Shown here: in pieces, positions 41,351 to 50,743 of the stretch
How positions within the stretch are numbered: the stretch's first letter is position 1
Layout of the letters: every line of letters starts with the position of its first letter
From: an uncultured Candidatus Poseidoniales archaeon
GTDB lineage: Archaea > Thermoplasmatota > Poseidoniia > Poseidoniales > Thalassarchaeaceae
NCBI GenBank assembly: GCA_902625325.1
Contig: CACOAW010000004.1
Location: 50,647-114,646 of the forward strand
Reading direction: 5' to 3'
DNA: 64,000 nt
Made by a program: the position numbers and the translations under genes
The notes under the pieces: model-generated
Databases searched by the model: none
What the model was told of the DNA's origin: nothing
The model's input: only the letters and a program-made list of their open reading frames with translations

Positions 41351-41833
41351 ATGACATACGTAAGGATGACAACGAGTGCTGGAGAAATAGACATTCAATT
41401 GTACACAGAGGAATGCCCAGAGACAACAAACAACTTCCTGAAATTAGTAGACGATGGCTTCTATGATGGCTTACACTTCCACAGAGTAATCAAAGATTTC
41501 ATGATCCAAGGAGGATGCCCACATTCAAGCGATGCAAACAATGGGAGAGCCGGAACCGGAGGTCCCGGCTGGAAGATACCCTGTGAGGTATCAGCATTAG
41601 CGAAGAAACACGACAAGCCTGGGATATTCTCAATGGCAAACGCAGGACGAGATACGGGGGGGTCCCAGTTTTTTCTTACCACGGTCCCCACTCCATGGCT
41701 CGACGGAAATCACGCTGTATTCGGAGAGGTTTCTAAGGGGATGGAAGTAGTCAGAAAGATTGAGTCTACAGAGACTCGACCCGGAGATAGACCGATGTCG
41801 CCACAGAAGATAATCAGTGTAGAGAGAGTATGA
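41351..41833 (+). CDS. ppiA: Cyclophilin-type peptidyl-prolyl isomerase
   Basis: FHRVIKDFMIQGG, SMANAG.DTGGSQFF and WLDGNHAVFG. Confidence 0.96.
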   Translation: MTYVRMTTSAGEIDIQLYTEECPETTNNFLKLVDDGFYDGLHFHRVIKDFMIQGGCPHSSDANNGRAGTGGPGWKIPCEVSALAKKHDKPGIFSMANAGRDTGGSQFFLTTVPTPWLDGNHAVFGEVSKGMEVVRKIESTETRPGDRPMSPQKIISVERV

Positions 41834-41847
41834 TCATTAGACTACAG

Positions 41848-41884
41848 TAAATATATTTATTAATAAGTTAATAATACTAATAGC
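41848..41884 (+). promoter_or_regulatory. AT-rich promoter with inverted repeat TTATTAA-N4-TTAATAA upstream of RHH-fumC
   Basis: TAAATATA box-like sequence followed by a 7-bp inverted repeat at 41857-41874 and repeated TAATA units before ATG 41885. Confidence 0.5.
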
Positions 41885-43486
41885 ATGGCGAAGCATCGTG
41901 TCGGTGATCGTAGAATAATTTCAGTCAGTATTCCTGAGGATATTGCTAGAAGATTGGACGCTAGGGTTGGTAAGGGTAGAGGGGCAGGAAGGTCTGCCAC
42001 TATCTCCAAGATGATTGAAAACTCCCTTTCTGGAGCCGTTATCAACAAGCCCACCTCCGAAGAGATTGAGTCTCGTAAACCGGACAAGACTAATCTCAAA
42101 GTGAGGGTTGAGACTGATACAATGGGGAACATAGAAGTTCCTGCTGATAGATACTATGGAGCACAGACAGCAAGGTCTCTGATCAACTTCGATATAGGAG
42201 AAGATAAGATGCCCAGATCTGTGATTCGTGCATTCGGAATCCTAAAGCAGGCAGCTGCGGAGACAAATGTCAAGCTCGGAGTACTGGAAGATGATATTGG
42301 AAAACTAATCTCGGAAACATGCGAAGAGGTGATTTCTGGAAATCTAGACTCCCATTTCCCTCTAAGAATCTGGCAGACGGGGTCTGGGACTCAGACCAAC
42401 ATGAACGCAAACGAGGTTATTGCGAATAGGGCTATTGAGATTTCTGGAGGAAAGATGGGCAGTAAGTCTCCGGTACACCCTAACGATCATGTAAATCGCG
42501 CTCAATCTAGTAATGATACGTTTCCAACTGCAATGCACATTGCTGCAGCCGAAGAAATACAACATCGGCTAATTCCATCAGTACTGAAACTTCGACATTC
42601 TCTAGCGGAGAAGGAGGAAGAGTTCTCTGAGATAGTCAAAATCGGCAGGACTCACCTCATGGACGCCGTCCCACTAACACTTGGACAGGAGTTTGGTGCT
42701 TACGTGTCGATGTTGGATGCCGACTTGATAAGGATTCAAACGGTCCTGAACGATTTGTACGAACTAGCACTAGGAGGGACTGCAGTCGGAACCGGCCTCA
42801 ATACTCACCCCGATTTCGCAGAATTGGTCGCTGCTAGGATTTCAGAGAAGACAGGTTTGCCCTTCATCAGCGCAGAGAATAAGTTTGCACAATTAGCAGC
42901 TCACGATGCCATCGTAGCAGCTTCGGGCGCTCTGAATACACTTTCAGCCTCGTTGATGAAGATAGCCAATGATGTTAGATGGCTTGGTTCCGGACCTCGA
43001 TGTGGTTTTGGAGAGCTCTCTCTGCCCGCTAACGAGCCTGGCTCTAGTATAATGCCCGGCAAGGTCAATCCAACACAGTCTGAGGCCATGACTATGGTCT
43101 GTTGCCAGGTAATGGGGAACCACGTTGCTATTTCCATCGGTGGAAGTCAAGGAAACTTTGAACTGAATGTCTTCAAGCCGTTGATGATCCATAATCTCCT
43201 GCACAGTACAAGGCTGCTGTCAGATAGCAGTGTATCTTTCTCTGAAAATTGCATACTCGGGCTCAGCGCAAACGAAGCAAAGATTGCCGAGCACCTCGAG
43301 AACTCATTGATGTTAGTTACCGCTCTGAATCCACACATCGGATATGACAATGCAGCTAAAATCGCCAAGAATGCCCATGAAAAAGGGCTTACTCTCAGAC
43401 AAAGCGCTATCGAATTGGGCCTGGTGAATGAGCAGCAGTTCGAAGAATGGGTCAGACCTAGTGATATGACCGGGCCAAGCAAATAA
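41885..43486 (+). CDS. fumC: Class II fumarate hydratase with N-terminal ribbon-helix-helix (CopG-like) domain
   Basis: [32 protein letters not shown] and [11 protein letters not shown]; extra N-terminus [16 protein letters not shown]...GRSATI. Confidence 0.95.
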   Translation: MAKHRVGDRRIISVSIPEDIARRLDARVGKGRGAGRSATISKMIENSLSGAVINKPTSEEIESRKPDKTNLKVRVETDTMGNIEVPADRYYGAQTARSLINFDIGEDKMPRSVIRAFGILKQAAAETNVKLGVLEDDIGKLISETCEEVISGNLDSHFPLRIWQTGSGTQTNMNANEVIANRAIEISGGKMGSKSPVHPNDHVNRAQSSNDTFPTAMHIAAAEEIQHRLIPSVLKLRHSLAEKEEEFSEIVKIGRTHLMDAVPLTLGQEFGAYVSMLDADLIRIQTVLNDLYELALGGTAVGTGLNTHPDFAELVAARISEKTGLPFISAENKFAQLAAHDAIVAASGALNTLSASLMKIANDVRWLGSGPRCGFGELSLPANEPGSSIMPGKVNPTQSEAMTMVCCQVMGNHVAISIGGSQGNFELNVFKPLMIHNLLHSTRLLSDSSVSFSENCILGLSANEAKIAEHLENSLMLVTALNPHIGYDNAAKIAKNAHEKGLTLRQSAIELGLVNEQQFEEWVRPSDMTGPSK

Positions 43487-43518
43487 GCAATAGTTCCCCT
43501 AGTATTCAGAAAATTATT

Positions 43519-44100
43519 GGGCCGATTTCAGGTGGGAGCAACAGGGGGTTCAGCACATGGGGGAGCTTCCCCCCCTGTTAACTCCGCAGGGTCCGGGTGT
43601 CCCCCGGGCCCGAAGGCCCGGGTTTCCCCGGGTAGAAGACTCCGGAACTTCATGCTCTTCCTTTGTCATTTTCCGACTCATGATAGATCTCCCTTTCACT
43701 CGCCGCATCCGCTTCTGGTACTTCGTCTCCGCTTTTCCTTTCACGTCTCGATACTGGCTTCTCCACGGGTCTCCCCGCCCTTGTTGCCCGGTGTTTCCCT
43801 TGGTTTCCTTCCCCTTCCTTGCGTCCGGTTATCTCTTCCTCGTTCCCCACCTACATGACCCAGGTTCATTCTCATCCCCCTACGCATGTGTATCTCTTCA
43901 GCTCCTACCTCGCTCTCCCCTTCGTTACCTCCAGTTTGTCCGATCTATTCGCCGCGGCCTTCGCGTCCACAGACGCTCCAGCCTTTCCCCGATTTCCTTT
44001 CGAATTTCGGTTCTACCGCCCCGTGTTCGGGGCTCGGTTTTTGTGGCCCGCGAGTTGCGCCAAAGCGCCCTCACACCACTCCCCCGGAGCGGCAAAGAAC
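43519..44100 (-). ncRNA. Candidate large (~580 nt) structured non-coding RNA of unknown family
   Basis: No credible ORF; many hairpins with cUUCGg/GAAA loops and G-U pairs on the minus strand; upstream BRE/TATA-like element; purine-rich core. Confidence 0.65.
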
Positions 44101-44117
44101 ACAGGGTGATGGGTGGC

Positions 44118-44133
44118 TCATAAACATTTCGTC
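44118..44133 (-). promoter_or_regulatory. BRE/TATA-like promoter for the candidate ncRNA
   Basis: Minus strand GACGAAATG-TTTATGA, about 24 nt upstream of the first hairpin at 44100. Confidence 0.5.
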
Positions 44134-44190
44134 ATTATTAGAGCAGTTCACTGGAAATAAGGGTGTTTGGAGGTGTTTTTCCATTGCAAA

Positions 44191-45282
44191 TTAAGCACCT
44201 CGGAGTGCACGTATTTTCTTCCTAAGCTCCGACTCTTTTCCATATTGGATATCTCTTTCTGGGAGCCTTCCGAAACGACGCCGAAGAACTTCCTTCTCGA
44301 TTACATGTAAACATCCGCTAAAATCCCCAAAGCAAATCGTATTCTCAGTAGCGAAACTCGCTACTATCCTAGATTCGTGAGAGAGCTCTAGCTGCATACT
44401 CCCGGTTGAAGAGTCGACTAGGAAGACTCCTGCTTTATCATTCCATGACGAGTACCATATGCCTGCGACATCGTCCAACGAAGGGCCGAATGAAACTACA
44501 TCAATGGATTCCAAAGACTCTATCTTCCAGGATCCAGGGAATTCTCCGGTTGAAACGACCCCAGAATCGAGCCCTGCTACCCAACTACTTCCGCAATCCA
44601 TCGCGCGGATAGCAGAGTCTCCTATGCTAACCGTGGAGCAAACTCCTCCATGTATCTCAGTCACTGATCCATTGCTATGCCCGAAAACCATCCCTCCCCC
44701 ATCTAATTTACATCCAGCAGTTATCGGCTTTTTTTCTTCTAACTCAAGATATTCAATTCCTGCTTCGGATGCAGTGGCATATCCACACTTAGGCCTACTA
44801 AGTCCCATGATTGCTTGTCCTTGAAAATCAGAAAGAGACCAGGCTCTCCCTTTCGTGTCACCCTTCCACCTAACTTTTCCGGAATAGTCAATTTTCCATA
44901 CCGAACCCTCTGAATAGTCCTGAATCTCGAAGTTGTAAACAGACGAAGTCACCCAAACACATTCTGATGAAACTCGGACAAGATCGCCCGAACCCTCAAG
45001 TTCCACGCACCAAACCTCATCTCCAGAGGACAACATAATTGCATGAACTCTATTTGTTTCTGTGAAGAATAGGAAATCTTTGTTGGAATCCGCATTGGAA
45101 CAAGGACCCTCAAACTTGGATCTCCACATCTCTTTACCGCTGTTCAAATCCCAGCAAGCAACCTCTCCTGATTTGGAACCCGATAACAGTAATTCCCCTG
45201 AGACTCTGACGAAGGCACACTCCCCTCCAATATTCCTGACTAGGGAGGAATAGTCAGTAAGACTGGATATTGTCATGTGCAT
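44191..45282 (-). CDS. PQQ/BamB-like beta-propeller repeat protein
   Basis: Repeated 'CWDLNSGKEMW', 'AIMLSSGDEVW' and 'IDYSGKVRW' blade motifs. Confidence 0.75.
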   Translation of the reverse strand: MHMTISSLTDYSSLVRNIGGECAFVRVSGELLLSGSKSGEVACWDLNSGKEMWRSKFEGPCSNADSNKDFLFFTETNRVHAIMLSSGDEVWCVELEGSGDLVRVSSECVWVTSSVYNFEIQDYSEGSVWKIDYSGKVRWKGDTKGRAWSLSDFQGQAIMGLSRPKCGYATASEAGIEYLELEEKKPITAGCKLDGGGMVFGHSNGSVTEIHGGVCSTVSIGDSAIRAMDCGSSWVAGLDSGVVSTGEFPGSWKIESLESIDVVSFGPSLDDVAGIWYSSWNDKAGVFLVDSSTGSMQLELSHESRIVASFATENTICFGDFSGCLHVIEKEVLRRRFGRLPERDIQYGKESELRKKIRALRGA

Positions 45283-45292
45283 CCCAAATCTT

Positions 45293-46795
45293 CTAAGCGC
45301 TAACTCCGTACAGCCTCTCAATCTTTGAGCCAAGATATCTTATGAAAGCATCAGGGGAAGGATTCCGTCCAGTTGCTTCCTTTATTAGCTCTGCTGGCTC
45401 TAGCACGCTCCCTCTCGAGTGGACATTATCTCTCATCCATTTTAGTAGCGGGGAGAAGTTCCCCTCTCTAATCTGAGTATCGTGTTCTGGGAGATCTTCT
45501 CTGGCTGACTCGAGCAGTTGAGCAGCGTATAAATTCCCGAGAGTGTACGTTGGGAAGTAGCCGATTGCACCCATTGACCAGTGAATATCCTGAAGCACCC
45601 CCAGTGTACGGTTCGGAGCTCTAATTCCCAAGTATTCATGGTACATTTCGTCCCAAGCGGCAGGAAGATCATCTACATCTATTTCGCCAGCGATGAGTTG
45701 CTTTTCGATCTCATACCTTATCATGATGTGTAGATTATATGTGGCCTCATCGGCATCTACCCTGATTAGACCGGGCTTCACCAAATTAACTGCCTGCCAT
45801 AGTTGCTCAGCGCTGACTCCGTCCATATTTTCTGGGAAGAACTTCCTCCACAACGGGATGGACCATTCACAAAACTCCCTGGATCTTCCTACCTGATTCT
45901 CCCAGAGGCGACTTTGACTCTCGTGAATCCCAAGACCGTTCGCCTTTCCTGCTGGTTGGAAGTCCAAATCCCTAGGTCTACCCTGTTCGTACGTGCCGTG
46001 ACCTGTTTCATGCATTGAACCAAATAGCGATCCGAACGGCTCGTCTTTACTATAGCGAGTTGTCCATCTCACATCGTCGGGATTAGGCCCCCCACAGAAA
46101 GGGTGAGTGGACAGATCCCTCCTCCCTGCCTCGAAGTCGAAACCTATCGCCTCAGAAACACTTTGGCTCAACTCTTCCTGTGCTTTCTGACTCCATGTGC
46201 TTTCTGTAACCCAAGAGAGATCTGGCCCTTCGTCCCTTTCCACTACTTCCATAATCAGGGGTGCCACATTTTCTCTAAGTCCCGAGAACAGGGGGTCGAG
46301 TCTTTCCACGGTTAGACCGCTTTCGTAAAGATCGAGCAGGGCATCGTATCTCAGACTATCATACCCGAAGAAATCGGCCTTCATCCTTGCATGACCAATC
46401 GCTATTTCGAGGTCATCACGGAAAATTGAGAAATCGTCCTTCTCCCTTGCCTCAGTCCAAGAAATCAGAGCCTTGGAACGATGCTTCGCCATCTCCTCAA
46501 CGAACTCTGTAGGCAACTTTGTTGCCCTGTCAAAAGCCTCCCTCGCAAGCCTGATATTCGCCGATCTAATTGTATCCATGTCCTCATTGGACTCAATCTC
46601 ATCCAATATTTCTCCTATTCTGGCGTCAGTTAGCCTCTCATGGGCAGTCTTCGAAATCCAAGCAAGTTGCTCCGCCCTCAGAGGAGCCGCCTTTGGAGGC
46701 ATCAGCACCTCCTGATCCCAACTCAATAGGCTCCCTATCTGTCTAATCAAGTCGATATCCTTCAGCCTCGTCAGTAATTCTTCGTACGCGCTCAC
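45293..46795 (-). CDS. Carboxypeptidase, M32 (Taq) family
   Basis: HPFC, DVRWTT, HETGH, HESQSR.WE, IRVDADE, QDIHW and GYFPTYTLG. Confidence 0.96.
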   Translation of the reverse strand: MSAYEELLTRLKDIDLIRQIGSLLSWDQEVLMPPKAAPLRAEQLAWISKTAHERLTDARIGEILDEIESNEDMDTIRSANIRLAREAFDRATKLPTEFVEEMAKHRSKALISWTEAREKDDFSIFRDDLEIAIGHARMKADFFGYDSLRYDALLDLYESGLTVERLDPLFSGLRENVAPLIMEVVERDEGPDLSWVTESTWSQKAQEELSQSVSEAIGFDFEAGRRDLSTHPFCGGPNPDDVRWTTRYSKDEPFGSLFGSMHETGHGTYEQGRPRDLDFQPAGKANGLGIHESQSRLWENQVGRSREFCEWSIPLWRKFFPENMDGVSAEQLWQAVNLVKPGLIRVDADEATYNLHIMIRYEIEKQLIAGEIDVDDLPAAWDEMYHEYLGIRAPNRTLGVLQDIHWSMGAIGYFPTYTLGNLYAAQLLESAREDLPEHDTQIREGNFSPLLKWMRDNVHSRGSVLEPAELIKEATGRNPSPDAFIRYLGSKIERLYGVSA

Positions 46796-46898
46796 GCCTT
46801 ATCGAGTCAGGGCATAGACACATATTTTGCGGCCGAAAAAACTCTAGTCGAAAGCGAGTATTGATAGCACTCGCCGCAAATTGAACGCCAAGAGAGAT

Positions 46899-47321
46899 AT
46901 GTCGAACAGCCAGCTAGTCGAAGCGCTAAATCAAGCTTTATCTTGGGAATTAAGAGCAATAGCCATGTATGCTCACTATTCTGCATACGTGTCGGGGATC
47001 CATAGGCTCCACCTATCCGCTCACTTCAGCAATGAAGTCAACGAATCTGTGATGCACGCTGCCACAGTTCGCTCCGCTATCGTAAAACTGGATGGAACTG
47101 CCACAACTGAGAGAGACCCATCTCCGATAGTTCACACTTCAAATTACAAGGAAATACTCGAAGAGGCGTATCAAACAGAAAAGGCAGCCGCGGAAACTTA
47201 TGGCAGCATTTTACCTTTGGTGGAGGAACTCGGAGATGCGGAGCTTTATGATTCCCTAGAAGTAGTCTATTTCGACGAACAACGCTCAGTAGAGGAACTT
47301 AGGATGATGATGAAAGAATAG
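46899..47321 (+). CDS. Ferritin-like (bacterioferritin-like) four-helix bundle protein
   Basis: LNQAL.WE..A...Y, E..ES..HA and E..A...Y...DE patterns. Confidence 0.82.
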   Translation: MSNSQLVEALNQALSWELRAIAMYAHYSAYVSGIHRLHLSAHFSNEVNESVMHAATVRSAIVKLDGTATTERDPSPIVHTSNYKEILEEAYQTEKAAAETYGSILPLVEELGDAELYDSLEVVYFDEQRSVEELRMMMKE

Positions 47322-47354
47322 TCGGAAACACCCTCACATTAATCCCTAAAATTC

Positions 47355-47698
47355 ATGCAGACTAGCCTAACCGTGAAAATAGTGGACCGGTATGAAATAC
47401 ATCGAATCTATCTAGCGGCCTTACTCTTGCTGGCGCCAGTATTTTCAGGATGCATGGGCGACGGTCATACCGAATCTAAGGACGTTGAAGAAGAACACTG
47501 GCTTCCTAGAGTGGAAGATCGTTCTAACCTCAGACGGGCGAAGACTACATTCCTAGCCCGATATCAATGATGCCAGTTTCAGTAAGCATGGGACTAGGAA
47601 GCATATTGAGCCTGTCTTCTGTTGTTAGAGACTGCAATCAACTGTTTTTACCGCCTATGCAATCAGTATATTCGTTTTGCACTGTTGAAATAGACTGA
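47355..47698 (+). pseudogene. Probable internally deleted lipoprotein gene (N- and C-terminal remnants in different frames)
   Basis: Lipobox LLLAPVFSG-C in one frame, then an abrupt switch near 47528 to a second protein-like frame (QTGEDYIPSP...FCTVEID*). Confidence 0.45.
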
Positions 47699-47715
47699 AT
47701 TGCAAGTCCCTAACC

Positions 47716-49290
47716 TTGATGCTACATTCCCCTACCGTCAATTCAGTGGCACGCCATAGTTCAAGCCCCAATGTCCCGGTTCCTGATAGGATAATTCTAC
47801 ATCTCTGGGAGCAGGACTTCCAAGCAGACCACTTCATAGTCACCTCAGATGTAACTCGCTCCGGGATAGCAGAATCCTGCGCCTTGCATCCTCCAAATGT
47901 CTCTCGAGCAATGAGGCAACTAAACTCTCAGGGACTTATTTCGCAACACAGCAGACCAGTCAGAGGGGACAACCGAAGGCAAAAGACATGGCAACTAACC
48001 GATGAAGGGAGGGAAACCGCAAGAGAGAGGATTTCTGAACTTCGTTCCATTTTAGTACTGATTAGATCGAAAGAGGGAGAGGTACTAGAAATACGAGCAG
48101 ATGAGGCTGCGACCAAACTCCAGGCGGGACTAAGTCTGTTACAGATTTTGATGCATGCACAGCATGAGGGAGTACTAAATTTCGGGGATATCCGTTTTGG
48201 GGCTCTCGTGGCCGGAGGCACTGCAGAGCCGAAACCAGGGTCGATTTCACTCCTCACTGGTGCTCATTCAACATACAATACAGCTCCACCGAAGACTCGT
48301 ATAGTTCATGGAAGAAAGGAAGAAATGACCAGTCTTGATAACTGGTATCAATCAGGAAAACCACTCCTCACCCTTTCTGGAATAGCTGGATGTGGTAAGA
48401 CCACTCTTGTCTCACACTGGATTTCTGACTTAATCACCAATTCTAGTGGGCTAAATACAATGTACTATCCTTGTCAGCCTTGGGATTCCTCCTTAGGTAT
48501 CGCCACTAGTCTCCTACATCGAATAGGTATCAGAGATGAATCTGATGATCCTTACAACGTCTTAGATACCCTCCCCTACAAACCAGCAGCGAGACTGGAA
48601 ATTGACTTATTTAGACGCCGTCTGACTGCCCATCTTCAAGATGAGGACTCATTGATTGAGCATGATCAAGGAATCGAAACCCTGGTAATACTGGATGACG
48701 TTCACAATATTGGTAGTCAGGGAGACCATCTCTTCGGGGCACTTCTCCAGATAGCCGAAAATACTAATCTGAGATTATTGTTGATTTCCCGCACGAATTT
48801 GGCATTCTACGATCGTAGATATGTGCATACCTTGGATAAGGTATCAGAAATGGCTTTATCAGGCCTGAAACAAGAGGAAATAGAATCATGGATAGAACAA
48901 TTCAACATATCCGAAAACATTCATGCTTCCGAAATCCATAGAGTGACAGGGGGGCATCCTCTGGCCGTAGAATTGCTCGAGATGTACGGACAGACAATGC
49001 ACGAAGACTGGCTCAGGTTCCTGGATGAAGAGATTCTCAATGTTCTTCCAAGACCACACAGGGAGATACTATCCGTTTTGGCCACCTCTGATAGGCCAGT
49101 ACCATGGAAAAAACTAGCCAAGGCCGCTGGAGTAGATGGAAACCCTCCTGGACAACTAGTCGAGAGGGGTTTGATGTTAGAATTAGAAGAGGGTATGTGG
49201 TTACACGAAGCTCTCCGAGCTAGGCTATTGAGAGAAGTTGGAAAGCCCTTCCAAGAAAGATTGGACAGACTGAATAGAAATGAGAACTAG
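47716..49290 (+). CDS. MarR-like wHTH plus P-loop (STAND/NB-ARC-like) ATPase
   Basis: TRSGIAE....[39 protein letters not shown] and TGGHPLA. Confidence 0.85.
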   Translation: MMLHSPTVNSVARHSSSPNVPVPDRIILHLWEQDFQADHFIVTSDVTRSGIAESCALHPPNVSRAMRQLNSQGLISQHSRPVRGDNRRQKTWQLTDEGRETARERISELRSILVLIRSKEGEVLEIRADEAATKLQAGLSLLQILMHAQHEGVLNFGDIRFGALVAGGTAEPKPGSISLLTGAHSTYNTAPPKTRIVHGRKEEMTSLDNWYQSGKPLLTLSGIAGCGKTTLVSHWISDLITNSSGLNTMYYPCQPWDSSLGIATSLLHRIGIRDESDDPYNVLDTLPYKPAARLEIDLFRRRLTAHLQDEDSLIEHDQGIETLVILDDVHNIGSQGDHLFGALLQIAENTNLRLLLISRTNLAFYDRRYVHTLDKVSEMALSGLKQEEIESWIEQFNISENIHASEIHRVTGGHPLAVELLEMYGQTMHEDWLRFLDEEILNVLPRPHREILSVLATSDRPVPWKKLAKAAGVDGNPPGQLVERGLMLELEEGMWLHEALRARLLREVGKPFQERLDRLNRNEN

Positions 49291-49607
49291 GAACTCATAT
49301 GTCTGTCTAGCCACGAATCCATACTTTGCTTTGGCATTGCACCAGTCATCCTGTCGACTACCTCTCCGTTTCTAAACAGAATTAGGGCGGGTATACCTCT
49401 AATTCCAAATCTTCCGGAGGTAAGTGGATTTACATCAGTGTTCACCTTTGCAATAGTAATCTCCCTCTCATCTGCAATCTGTGATAGAACGGGCCCCACC
49501 ATCCTACAGGGTCCACACCATGGAGCCCAGAAATCTGCAAGCACCCACTCGTCACTCTTTGTCATCACGTCAAAGTCTGTATCACCAGTATCAACAACCT
49601 TGCCCAT
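49287..49607 (-). CDS. trxA: Thioredoxin
   Basis: [10 protein letters not shown] and GIRGIP. Confidence 0.95.
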   Translation of the reverse strand: MGKVVDTGDTDFDVMTKSDEWVLADFWAPWCGPCRMVGPVLSQIADEREITIAKVNTDVNPLTSGRFGIRGIPALILFRNGEVVDRMTGAMPKQSMDSWLDRHMSS

Positions 49608-49708
49608 CACTCTTCCCAACCAATTGCCTCGTATCAACATGTGTGTTGGTGTTAAGACATTCTTAGAAGGTATTGAGAACCATCCCCCCTTCCCCCTAGA
49701 CGGGAAAT

Positions 49709-50389
49709 ATGCAGATCACTCCTAGTATACTTACTGCAGACTTCTGCAGATTAGGCGAAACCCTGGATGAAGCTATCGATGCTGGAATAGATTGGTTACA
49801 CATGGACGTAATGGATGGCAATTGGGTCATAAATAGGACAATCACGTTTGGGCCAGCACTAATCAGGTCAGTAAGAGAAAGAGTAGGGCAGGACGTTTTC
49901 ATCGATTGTCATCTGATGATCAACAATGCCGAGGAGACATGGGAGCAATATGCAGATGCAGGAGTGAACATGGTAATCGCTCATATTGAGGCTGTAGATG
50001 ATTTTCCAAGGTTAATCTCAGATCTCCACAATTCCAGTATCCAATCCGGTTGTGTTCTAAACCCTGAAACACATGTAAAGGACGTCCTGCCTATCCTGAA
50101 CGATCTAGATTTAGTTCTAGTCATGTCCGTAGTCCCAGGAAAAGGAGGCCAGTCTTTCATCCCAGAAGTAGAGGAAAAGGTAACGACTCTGCGGAAGAAA
50201 ATAGATATGCAGATTGAAAATGGTGGAAGGAAAACGAAACTGATGATCGATGGTGGGATCAAGTATCACAATGCAAAACTAGTGGCAGACTGGGGAGTCG
50301 ATGTCGCAGTGGTCGGATCAGGACTGATTAACAATGACGGAACCATATCTGAGAATTTAGAATCAATAACTAGTGCCATGGAAACTTAG
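49709..50389 (+). CDS. rpe: Ribulose-phosphate 3-epimerase
   Basis: PSIL.ADF, HMDVMDG, DCHLM, MSV.PG.GGQ and IDGGI. Confidence 0.95.
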   Translation: MQITPSILTADFCRLGETLDEAIDAGIDWLHMDVMDGNWVINRTITFGPALIRSVRERVGQDVFIDCHLMINNAEETWEQYADAGVNMVIAHIEAVDDFPRLISDLHNSSIQSGCVLNPETHVKDVLPILNDLDLVLVMSVVPGKGGQSFIPEVEEKVTTLRKKIDMQIENGGRKTKLMIDGGIKYHNAKLVADWGVDVAVVGSGLINNDGTISENLESITSAMET

Positions 50390-50401
50390 TTTAATATCGG
50401 A

Positions 50402-50743
50402 ATGCCCCTATCCTTGACCATGGTAACCCCCGATTGGATGACAACCGAGATTCTCAAGATAGTTCCCGACGCCGAAGTGGAAGTATCCGATTTACATGGA
50501 ACGGGCGACCACTTCCATGTCAGAGTTATTTCACAGAGCTTTGAGGGTGTGATGCCGCTTCAAAGACAGAAGCCAATTCTCAACCATTTCAAGCAGTTTA
50601 TCACCGACAATACTGTGCATGCTCTAGATCTAAAATGTATGACTCCGAAACAAGCAGAGAAGAACTCTAAGACAGCTTTCGACCCACATGGTCAAGAGAC
50701 AGAGTTCTTTGGAGTCCATATCAGAAGACCAAGGAAGGAGTGA
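50402..50743 (+). CDS. bolA: BolA family protein
   Basis: GDHFHVRVIS..FEG and VHALDLK..TP. Confidence 0.9.
   Translation: MPLSLTMVTPDWMTTEILKIVPDAEVEVSDLHGTGDHFHVRVISQSFEGVMPLQRQKPILNHFKQFITDNTVHALDLKCMTPKQAEKNSKTAFDPHGQETEFFGVHIRRPRKE

Noticed and set aside
43519-44100. RNase P, SRP or tmRNA identity for the structured region
   Set aside because: Partial look-alikes exist (GGGCCACAAAAAC...GGUAGAACCG, GAAGUUCC), but the paired P4 motifs, the SRP helix-8 motif and a tRNA-like 3' end are not present in the right order. Not called, though a covariance-model search is still needed.
43517-44194. Short ORFs over the candidate RNA (e.g. 43557-44123 +, 43650-43850 -, and 43550-43744 - with an L41e-like KRMRRVK)
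   Set aside because: The low-complexity translations follow from the strand's purine/pyrimidine skew. They overlap hairpins and match no family; the L41e likeness is only a few residues.
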